From Mayamaea pseudoterrestris (lineage: Eukaryota), in NCBI GenBank assembly GCA_027923505.1, contig BROI01000012.1:62001-126000 (forward strand): a stretch of 64,000 nt of DNA, read 5' to 3'. Made by a program: the position numbers and the translations under genes. Below the pieces are notes generated by a model, which was not told where the DNA came from, ran no database searches, and saw only the letters and a list, made by a program, of their open reading frames with translations. Of this stretch, positions 1-9,448 are shown piece by piece. The stretch's first letter is position 1. The number at the start of each line of letters is the position of its first letter.

Positions 1-1257
1 TGAATAATGATGTTGGCACCATTCTGGTGTATTTTGAACACCTACAGGGCTTGCTGTTTAGGGGCGTTTGAATGTCATGGCATCTGCCGAGTGAGACTGG
101 TGACAAGTTATCACCAAATACATTGCCATCACCTGAGACACCTGCCAAGCCTACCATCTTGTAGCGCAGCCTCAAAAAAGGATGTTGGTACCATTCTGGT
201 GTATTTTGGGCACCTACAGGGCTTGCTGTTTAGGGGCGTTTGAATGTCACGGCATCTGCGGGCTGAGACTGGTGACAAGTTGTCACCAAATACATTGTCA
301 TCCCCTAAAACACCAACCAAGCCTACTATCTTGTAGCGCAGCCTGAAAAAGGATGTTGGCACCATTCTGGTGTAATTTGAGCACCTACAGGGCTGGCTGT
401 AGGGGCGTTTGAATGTCATGGCATCTGCAGGCTGAGACTGGTGACAAGTTGTCACCAAATACATTGCCATCCCCTGAGACACCAACCAAGCCTACCATCT
501 TGTAGCGCATCCTAACAAATGATGTTGGCACCAGTCTGGTGTAATTTGGGCACCTACTGGGCTTGCTGTAGGGGCGTTTGAATGTCATGGCATCTGCGGG
601 CTGCGACTGGTGACAAGTTGTCACCAAATACATTGCCATCCCCTGAGACACCAACCAAGCCTACCATCTTGTAGCGCATCCTAACAAATGATGTTGGCAC
701 CAGTCTGGTGTAATTTGGGCACCTACCGGGCTTGCTGTAGGGGCGTTTGAATGTCAAGGCACCTGAAGGCTGAGACTGGTGACAAGTTGTCATCATATAC
801 ATTGCCATCCCCTGAGACACCAACCAAGCCTACCATCGTGTAGCGCAGCCTGAAAAAGGATGTTGGCACCATTCTGGTGTAATTTGGGCACCTACAGGGC
901 TTGCTGTAGGGGCATTTGAATGTCATGGCATCTGCGAGCTGAGACTGGTGACAAGTTGTCACCAAATACATTGCCATCCCCTGAGACACCAACCAAGCCT
1001 ATCATCTTGTAGCGCAGCCTGAAAAAGGATGTTGGCACCATTCTGGTGTAATTTGGGCACCTACCGGGCTTGCTGTAGGGGCGTTTGAATGTCAAGGCAC
1101 CTGCAGGCTGAGATTGGTGACAAGTTGTCACCAAATACATTGCCATCCCCTGAGACACCAACCAAGCCTACCTTCGTGTAGCGCAGCCTGAAAAAGGATG
1201 CTGGCACCATTCTGGTGTAATTTGGGCGCCTACAGGGCTTGCTGTAGGGGCGTTTGA
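1..1257. repeat. 169-bp tandem satellite (family A), ~7 units, continues past left window edge
   Basis: Unit ...GAGACTGGTGACAAGTTGTCACCAAATACATTGCCATCCCCTGAGACACC... recurs every 169 nt; near-identical ORF-track peptides start at 485/654/823/992/1161 (169-nt spacing). Confidence 0.97.
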
Positions 1258-1627
1258 GGCGCGAAATTAGCGGGCGTCGTTTCGTCGTTTTGGGTTTCAT
1301 CGTTTCATCGTTTGAAACGACGCGCGCGCGTGAGTTTAGCGGTCGTTTCGTCGTTTCATTGGTTCAAGCCAAAACGTCAATACACGTCAGCATTACTTAA
1401 CCCTCTGACTTTTGGGACTGAAAACCCACGATCAAAGAATCGCCAATGTTGTGGTCCCGCACAAAGCAGTGCATATCTTCCTTCTTAATAGAGCTATTAT
1501 CATTCTTTTTTGCCAGGTGGCTTCTCTTTAGTGCCCGGGATTGCATATTGATAGACCGACGGCTTGATTCTTTCTTGTTCCCGTGGCGTACGCCATACAA
1601 GTTGACGCATTTTGATGCGCTCTTCTC

Positions 1628-2017
1628 TGACAAGTCGCAGAGCGGCGAAGTCAAGAGCCCGAACCCTAATTAGCTTGTGTCGAGTCCGCAGCTGTCGTAT
1701 GTGACATGTGAATGAAGAAAGTGCGCAACCGTCGTGTGGATGCGTTGTATGAATGGAACGACCAGTTACGACTGATGTAATGTGATTGAAAGAAACGGAT
1801 TGATCGGATGATCTTCCGAGTGGTCGATGTAGCGATGTAGCGATAAGCTCACAATATAGAACTACTAGTTTGCGCGAGGAGTGCAGTTCGTGTAGTGGCG
1901 AGCGCAAGACTATTCGACGAGCCATCTCCATCAAGAGCTGTACAGACCGTGGCCAAGGACCCTGTATCGGAGCTTTTTGGAGGTAAGACGTTGACTGCGA
2001 AATCGTCAACGGTGTTA
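1628..2017 (+). repeat. 5' LTR of Copia element 1 (390 bp, TG...TA)
   Basis: Matches 7909-8303 apart from a few substitutions and small indels near 1870-1915; begins TGACAAG, ends GGTGTTA. Confidence 0.93.
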
Positions 2018-2114
2018 GATTAACATTTCAGTGCTTCGAGAGCAAGAACGAGCGAGGGAGCTATCGTGACACATTCGTCTGCAGCGAGTCCGATTCCTCT
2101 GATCAACCTCCACC

Positions 2115-3604
2115 ATGGCGACAATTGATGTAACGACCTACAAGCGTGCCGTCGGTAAAGTCTTCGACATTCCGTGGCTTGCAGCATCCGCAACTTGGGA
2201 GCCAAACGACCCTACCGCAGTGTGTTTCGAGCAAGAGGAACTCACGACTGCGGAGGCGATGGCCGAGCTGTCGGAACAAGACGTGACGAACATTAAGACC
2301 CTGCACCAGTGGTCGACAATACGAACAAGCCGATTGCGCAAGCTCATGAGTTGGATTCACGAGCAACGTCGGACGACTGCGCAATGGCAAGACCTGGAGA
2401 AAGACCACATTACGAGCCGAGAACTCCCAGTAGCACCGGGGTCACCAACCGCAGGCAACCGCAGTTTTGGAGACTTCAGCGTTATCGGAGGCAACAACAC
2501 CACGACGAAACGACACGACATCAAGCTGGATCTGAAGACCATGCTGGAGCTCAAGAACGATCGCAAGTTCTGCTCCTACTGGCGGGCCTTCAAGAACCGC
2601 ATGCGAAGCGAGCGACTTGGCTACTTTTGGGACGACGAGTTCAAGGCACCAGCTGCACTCGAGCCCGAATTCGCCGAGTATCAGTATCAGTGTTCGAAGC
2701 TTTTAGCGGCGCTCGAGTATACCTGCAAGACACCGCAGAGCAAGCTCATTGTCCGCAAGCACATCGACAGCGCGAATGCCTCAGCGTGCATTGCAGATGG
2801 GGCGACATTCCTCGACGGGATGGCGCGCAGTTGATCACGGCCGAAGACGAATGGCGAATTTCACTCGACGCGAGTTACGCCAAGTCTCTCGTCAATTGGC
2901 TTATCCAGTGGTCCAGCAAGGAAGAGAACTACAATGAACCTACAGCCGAGAAACCGATTACAGCAAGCACAAGCTTCAGGCGGCATTTGGAACGCGCGTT
3001 TTTCCGCCATGCGGATATGGCATCGGCGGTGAACATGGCGCTGATCGAAGAGTCCAAGACCGGAAACCGGGATGACACCCAGTTTTGGAACCTCCTGAAC
3101 GACGGCCGCACAATCTGAACGCAGTCGGGCATCAAGGAGACCAAGAAGCGCCAGGCGAACCAATCTGAACAAACCAAGAAAGAGAAGGAGAAGACGAAGA
3201 AGGCAAGCGCGAACAATTCCCAGTCTACGCCAAGTAGCAGCAACAATCAGCAATCCAATCAGGGGGGCGGTGGTCGCGGCGACTTGAGCACGGGACGAGG
3301 CGGCGGCGGCGCGAGGTTGGGGGGTACTGGCTCGTATGTTCGCAGCTACGCGCGACACGAAGACGATCGAAATTCCCAGCGACGTGAATGCGACGATTCC
3401 ACCAAACACGTGGCGACTCCTTACCCGCGATCAGCAACACGAAGTGTTTGAACGCCGTGGTACGAGTCGAGCGGCCAGTGCTGCAGGTGGTTCGACATCA
3501 GCAACACAGGCAGGCACCACGCAAACGACGAGTACAACACGCATCGCGCGAACGTCGCAGCCACTTCATCAGCGGCAACGACCGATGCGGCGAGGCGCGA
3601 GCGT
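2115..3604 (+). pseudogene. gag region of Copia element 1, broken into several frames
   Basis: ATG at 2115 shortly after the 5' LTR. Protein-like sequence continues across frame changes near 2830, 3115 and 3300-3600 and leads into pol. The frameshifts may be decay or assembly errors. Confidence 0.7.
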
Positions 3605-6600
3605 GTGAACAACACTAGCCGTGGCTCAGCGATGCGAAGTTTCTTAGGTCCAGACCAGCCCACGACTACGACTCGGGGAGCAAATATTGCTCAGAGTCGC
3701 AAGTACAAAGTCGCGAGCATTGACTTGGATAAGCATTCAGCGTCGACTGTCGATCGCGGCGCGAGTGGCGGAGTATGGGGAGCGGACGGCCGCATCCTTA
3801 CCGAGGACAAGTTCCACAAGATTGAAGTCACTGGAGTCGGTGGTCTCAAACTTCCGGACCTGTCTACCGTCACAGCAGTCGCCAAGCTTAAGAGCACCAA
3901 GGGTTGGGTCGTCGGCGAGTTCCATAATTACGCATATTCTGGAACCGGCAAGACGATTCATTCGAGTATGCAGATGGAAGCCTTCGGACTTCATGTCAAC
4001 GACAAGCATTACAACTTTGGTGGCAAGTTACGAATCGAAACGCCAGATGGATACAAGTTTATGCTCGGGATGGAAAGTGGCATGGCGACCTTGCCAATGT
4101 TTCCAGTGTCGGCGCATGAGCTTCACACCTTACCTCGGGTCATGATGACCTTCGATGGACCTTGGGATCCGAATGAGTTTGACGTCGAGCCGACCGAGGA
4201 CGACGACTATGACTCTTCGGATGACGATGACGACGAGGACGACGTACCGGACTTGTTGTCGCGCGACGAAGACGACGAAGACAGTGACGACGAAGAGGGC
4301 TTCACGCGCGTGACACGTTCGCGTACGCGGAATCGCACTCATCGTCAAAGCAACGTGACATATACGAATCTCGGACACGACAATCAACCTGTTTACACCG
4401 AGAAGGAGCTGAATGTTTGTGCCGTCGTACAGAAGTACAATGCGGATCTCGTCTATCAGCCCTACAAGTCTATCCTGCCAAAGAAACCTGATATCGACGC
4501 ATTGCTGCCGAACTTTGCATGGTACCCGGCGCAGACGATCAAGGATACTTTGCGCCACAGCACGCAGTTCAACATGCACGAGCGCCGATACCCCCCACGA
4601 ATGCATCGAAAGAGCCGATTCCTGAACGTCTACCGTCTAGATGATCGAGTGGCCCATGACACCATGTTCTTCGACGAACCAGCCATGGATGATCATATCG
4701 ACGGACATGCAGGGTGCACATGCGTGCAGCTATTCTATGGCTGTCGCAGTCAGATCATTGTAGTGTATCCCATGCGGACGAAAGGCGACGTACCGAAACG
4801 ATTCCGTGATTTCATCCGCGAGTTTGGAGCTCCGTTGGAAGTCTTCTCGGATAATGCGAAAGAAGCAATGAGTGCCAAGTTTGACAAAGTAATGCGCGAG
4901 TTCATGATTCGCCGTCGTCATACATCGGAGCCGTACTATCAGAATCAAAATCCAGCCGAGCGCATCATCGGGCACGTCAAGGAAAGTCATGAACGGCTTA
5001 TGGACCGAACAGGCACTCCGGCATGCTTCTGGCTACGCGCTTTACTCTTTCAGACCGAGATGTACCGTCATTTGTCGCATCCTGCCTTGGACGGCAAGTC
5101 TCCCATCGAGTTTATCACTGGGCAAGTCCCCGACGTGTCGAAGTATTTGCATTTTCGTTGGTTTGAAATTGTCAACTACTTTGTCAAGGATGTCGAGGCC
5201 CCGAAGACCCGCCAGCGCGCGGCGTACTGGCTTGGTCCCAACACGACGTGCGGAGACGACCTGACGTACTTCATCTGCGATTGCGAGACACACGAGATCA
5301 TGACGCGATCGGTTTGCTTACCCCAAAATGACCGCGTACCGGCACCTGCTTCCCCAGTCATGAAAGAAGGGGAGCCGCGTCTCTATACCGTACCTGGTCT
5401 AGGTGGCGAGATCCTTATGCCGGAAATGATCAAGAAGATTACCGACGCCGACAGCAGAGACGAAGATTCTTTCATTCCTGACGAAGACGATACCCCTTTG
5501 GTCGAGACGGTGGAATACCCGGAAGATGACGATATGACCGACGGGGAGCTAGATCCTAATCCTGCCGATGACGACCCTGCCGATGACGACGACAAGCCGA
5601 AGAAGAAGAACATCAATCCGTGGCGCAAACTCCCGAAGTATGCACCCGATGAACTTATCGGCAAGTCGTTTCTCATGAAGACGGACGACGGGCAAGAAGT
5701 TCGAGCGACCGTCATGAGCAAGCTGAACAATCGCGACGCCCAGAACCATCAGAACATTAAAATGATGCTGAAACTTGGTAACGGCGAAGCGGACGAAGTC
5801 ATGTCCTATGTCGAGGTTTCCGATCTCTACGAGGCCGAAGTGAACCAAGACATGGCGAATCCTGAGCGTAAATGGTTCTTCAAGGAGATTCTAGACCATC
5901 AGGGTCCGCTGACGAGCAAGTCGAAGAACTGGAAGCATTCCAAGTGGAACGTCCTTGTACAATGGGACGATGGATCCAAGACTTGGGAGCCTCTCAACGC
6001 GATGATCGAAAGCGACAAAGTATCAGTGGCAGCCTACGCGCAAAAGCATAATCTTCTTGACAAGGACGGATGGTCATCGTTGAACCGATGGGCCCGGAAC
6101 GCCAAGAAGGTTGCGCGCAAGGTGGCGACCGCCCGAATGGAGCAGCAGAAGAACGGACCGCGCTACAAGTTTGGAGTCCAAGTACCCCGAGACTGGAAGG
6201 AAGCGCGTCGTCTCCAAGAAGCTGCAGGGCACACGAAGTGGACGGATGCGGAAGGCGTGGAGCTTGCGAACCTGGACGAGTACGAGACGTTTCAAGATCT
6301 TGGTCCGAGTTCCACCACAACACCACCAACTGGTTACCAGAAGATCCGAGTCCATTTTGTGTATGATGTCAAGCACGATTTGCGGTACAAGGCACGTCTC
6401 GTTGCAGGCGGCCACATGACGAAAGACAACGACGATGCCTACTCCAGTGTTATCTCATTGAAGGCAATGCGTCTAGCTCTCGTCATTGGAGAAGCGAACG
6501 GCAAGAAGTGCATGGTCGGTGACATTGGGAATGCTTATCTCGAAGCGTTCACCAAGGAGAAGGTATACTTCGTTGGAGGCCCCGAGTTTGGGGAGCGCGA

Positions 6601-7954
6601 AGGACACATCCTGGTCATCGTCAAGGCTTTGTACGGATTGCGAACGAGCGGAGCACGATTTCACGAACGCTTAGCCGACGCCCTACTTGCGGAAGGGTGG
6701 AAGCCGTCCTATTGCGATTCCGATCTGTGGATCAAGGATGCCGGTGACAGCTACGACTACCTCTGTGTATGGGTCGACGATCTGTTGAATATTTCAGACG
6801 ATCCAGCAGCGTTCTTCAGGATGCTAGAGGAAAAGTACAAGTTTAAACTGAAAGGTGTTGGACATCCCGAGTATCATCTCGGCGGTGACTTTGGACGAGA
6901 CCCTGACGGAACCCTTTACTGGTCGGCCAAGACCTACGTTGCGAAACTCTTGGCGCAGTACGAGCGTTTGTTTGAAGGTCCTCCGAAGAAGTATTCATCA
7001 CCAATCGACAAAGACGATCATCCAGAACTTGACCAAAGCGAGCTACTGAACGACCAAGAGAAGAAGATTTACCAGTCTCTAGTCGGAGCACTTCAGTGGG
7101 CGATTACTTTGGGACGATTTGACATTGCCGTTGCAGTTGTGAGTCTGTCGCGATTCCGTGTGGAGCCGCGCAAGGGACACCTGCAGCGGGTGAAGCGAGT
7201 CTGTGGATATTTACGAGAGTTACCAGACGCAGCAATCCGCTTCCGCACGAAGTGGCCAGCCAACGAGGAGCACTTCGGCACCATGGAGGAACAAGATTGG
7301 GAGCGCAGCGTTTACGGGAAGGACGGAGTTGATGAGATGTTGGACGTCTACCCACCGCCAAAGGGTGTGACCGTACGAACATCAACTTTCGAGGATGCGT
7401 GTCTCATGCATTGCATGGTGACAGGCAAGTCATTGGAAGGAGTTTTGTCATTTGTCAACCAGACGCCTGTCGACTGGCATTGCAAACTCCAGGCTACAGT
7501 CGAGACTGCGACCTTCGGATCGGAATTCAGAGTAGCAAAGAGTGGAACGGATATCAGCATTTCTCTACGCGCGTCGCTCATGGCTATGGGCGTACCATTG
7601 GAGAAGTCTGCCTGGATGTACGGAGACAACCAAGCAGTGATTACGCAATCTACAATCCCGAGTTTGACATTGTCCAAGCGACACAATGCGTTGGCCTACC
7701 ATCGTGTTCGTTGGGCAGTTGCTGCGGGGATTATCAAGTTTGTGAAGATTGACGGAAAGGAGAACATTGCGGACGTACTGACAAAGTACCTGCCGTACTG
7801 TGATGCGATGCCATTGCTCAAGCCAGTATTGTTTTGGCGCGGCGATACATCGTATGCGATTGTGAAGGACAAGAATGCGGCTACGACCAGCAGCGTACCC
7901 GAGGGGAGTGACAAGTCGCAGAGCGGCGAAGTCAAGAGCCCGAACCCTAATTAG
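3605..7954 (+). CDS. pol: Copia Pol polyprotein: protease, integrase, chromo-like domain, reverse transcriptase, RNase H
   Basis: Protease STVDRGASGG; integrase HDTMF/FSDNAKE/QNPAER; RT2 motifs YKARLVAGG, ALYGLRTSG, CVWVDDL; RNase H FGSEF, YGDNQAV, NIADVLTK. The stop codon lies inside the 3' LTR. Confidence 0.95.
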   Translation: MNNTSRGSAMRSFLGPDQPTTTTRGANIAQSRKYKVASIDLDKHSASTVDRGASGGVWGADGRILTEDKFHKIEVTGVGGLKLPDLSTVTAVAKLKSTKGWVVGEFHNYAYSGTGKTIHSSMQMEAFGLHVNDKHYNFGGKLRIETPDGYKFMLGMESGMATLPMFPVSAHELHTLPRVMMTFDGPWDPNEFDVEPTEDDDYDSSDDDDDEDDVPDLLSRDEDDEDSDDEEGFTRVTRSRTRNRTHRQSNVTYTNLGHDNQPVYTEKELNVCAVVQKYNADLVYQPYKSILPKKPDIDALLPNFAWYPAQTIKDTLRHSTQFNMHERRYPPRMHRKSRFLNVYRLDDRVAHDTMFFDEPAMDDHIDGHAGCTCVQLFYGCRSQIIVVYPMRTKGDVPKRFRDFIREFGAPLEVFSDNAKEAMSAKFDKVMREFMIRRRHTSEPYYQNQNPAERIIGHVKESHERLMDRTGTPACFWLRALLFQTEMYRHLSHPALDGKSPIEFITGQVPDVSKYLHFRWFEIVNYFVKDVEAPKTRQRAAYWLGPNTTCGDDLTYFICDCETHEIMTRSVCLPQNDRVPAPASPVMKEGEPRLYTVPGLGGEILMPEMIKKITDADSRDEDSFIPDEDDTPLVETVEYPEDDDMTDGELDPNPADDDPADDDDKPKKKNINPWRKLPKYAPDELIGKSFLMKTDDGQEVRATVMSKLNNRDAQNHQNIKMMLKLGNGEADEVMSYVEVSDLYEAEVNQDMANPERKWFFKEILDHQGPLTSKSKNWKHSKWNVLVQWDDGSKTWEPLNAMIESDKVSVAAYAQKHNLLDKDGWSSLNRWARNAKKVARKVATARMEQQKNGPRYKFGVQVPRDWKEARRLQEAAGHTKWTDAEGVELANLDEYETFQDLGPSSTTTPPTGYQKIRVHFVYDVKHDLRYKARLVAGGHMTKDNDDAYSSVISLKAMRLALVIGEANGKKCMVGDIGNAYLEAFTKEKVYFVGGPEFGEREGHILVIVKALYGLRTSGARFHERLADALLAEGWKPSYCDSDLWIKDAGDSYDYLCVWVDDLLNISDDPAAFFRMLEEKYKFKLKGVGHPEYHLGGDFGRDPDGTLYWSAKTYVAKLLAQYERLFEGPPKKYSSPIDKDDHPELDQSELLNDQEKKIYQSLVGALQWAITLGRFDIAVAVVSLSRFRVEPRKGHLQRVKRVCGYLRELPDAAIRFRTKWPANEEHFGTMEEQDWERSVYGKDGVDEMLDVYPPPKGVTVRTSTFEDACLMHCMVTGKSLEGVLSFVNQTPVDWHCKLQATVETATFGSEFRVAKSGTDISISLRASLMAMGVPLEKSAWMYGDNQAVITQSTIPSLTLSKRHNALAYHRVRWAVAAGIIKFVKIDGKENIADVLTKYLPYCDAMPLLKPVLFWRGDTSYAIVKDKNAATTSSVPEGSDKSQSGEVKSPNPN

Positions 7955-8303
7955 CTTGTGTCGAGTCCGCAGCTGTCGTATGTGACATGTGAATGAAGAA
8001 AGTGCGCAACCGTTGTGTGGATGCGTTGTATGAATGGAACGACCAGTTACGACTGATGTAATGTGATTGAAAGAAACGGATTGATCGGATGATCTTCCGA
8101 GTGGTCGATGTAGCGATGTAGCGATAAGCTCACAATATAGAACTACTAGTTTGCGACGAGAGTGCAGTCGTATTCGTGTAGTGGCGAGCGCAAGACTATT
8201 TGACGAGCCATCTCCATCAAGAGCTGTACAGACCGTGGCCAAGGACCCTGTATCAGAGCTTTTTGGAGGTAAGACGTTGACTGCGAAATCGTCAACGGTG
8301 TTA
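7909..8303 (+). repeat. 3' LTR of Copia element 1 (395 bp)
   Basis: Follows the PPT; direct repeat of 1628-2017; followed by the TSD TTCTC. Confidence 0.93.
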
Positions 8304-9448
8304 TTCTCGTCGGTTGTCGACACTTGCCATCATGACATTGGTTTATATCAACAGGTGTAATTACAATACATACATTAACTAATATCTACAGAAGTAGCTT
8401 GTTGCATTACTACACCTATTCAAAGGGACTATAAAAAGCTCAACGTCGGCACGAGTAGCACTTGCCGCTAAAACTTGAGATTCTTTTCATGGACCACGTC
8501 CCCCAATCGCTATGATCCAGCAGCGCAAGAAACTTATAGCTGGGAATGCCACACATTTCACAAAGTCATGTTTTTTATGCAGAGATTTGGTGTCGAAGCA
8601 AAGGAACGCATGACGGAAGCAACAGTAGATGGAATATGGAATTCTTGGTAGCGGCGACTGCGTCGGACTGCTCGGCCGTGAAACATACTTCTCCGTCAAA
8701 GTCAGTGCATTGCAGCGAGAAGTCACCATCTGAAAGCGTGACGTGCTTCGTAACTGCTTGATAGCAAAATACAATGGATGGCTGAGTGCGTTGGATGTAC
8801 GCCACGCGACTGACCATGCTGATTGCTGATGCAGACCTCATTAGAGGAACGCAGGCATCCAGTTGCGCTTGTCTTTGCACTTACTTTATGGAGGCCTATG
8901 AAGCAGTTGAAGGTTCACCGGAAGGTACCACGCTGCAGAAACATGGCTTGCCTTGGAGGCCTTGTCAGTACGCGATGCATCGCGGCAAAAGTGTTAAGAT
9001 GGATCACTCGCTTGTCAGGGCTTTATAGAGTACCCAAACGCGCAATAAACTCCAAATATATCTTCTATATTGTTATTGATAGTTTCTGGTATAGTTAAGC
9101 TGCGGGATCAGCCTCCATGGTGGTGTATTTGATGAAACAACGTTGAAACAATGAAACGACGGCGCCCCCGTCGTTTCGTCGTTTCAAACAACAATTTTCC
9201 GGGTGACTTGTTGTTTCGAGCGTTCATTCCGGTGCAGGGGGAAGAAAGCCGCACCGGACAATTGAACACCAAGAAGCACATGCACCTACTCGAGACTTTA
9301 CCTGATACCGCCTTACTACGCTCCCCGCGGCGAAAGCCTCGCGACGTCGATTCTCGTCTCCTCATTCTGTTGCACGAAGTCAACTGCAGACATCCGAGTC
9401 AAGCAGTTCCAGTACTTCATTAGATAGTCTCATAAGCTTCAGGCTACC

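Larger units (their letters stand above)
1628..8303 (+). mobile_element. Ty1/Copia LTR retrotransposon (diatom CoDi-like), full length, gag frameshifted
   Basis: Direct repeats 1628-2017 and 7909-8303; 5-bp TSD TTCTC at 1623-1627 and 8304-8308; polypurine tract GAGGGGAG 7901-7908; PR-INT-RT-RH domain order. Confidence 0.96.

Noticed and set aside
129..1300. Repeated 89-aa ORFs in the 169-bp satellite (also 14220-15707)
   Set aside because: By-products of the repeat; the frame shifts every unit.
1628..1635. LTR start TGACAAGT also occurs in the family A palindrome
   Set aside because: Only 8 bp with no extension; compatible with chance.
2018..2032. Self-priming complement or tRNA-Asn half PBS for Copia 1
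   Set aside because: The best LTR match (ACTGATGTAAT near 1771) needs gaps, and the anticodon-loop similarity is short and mismatched.
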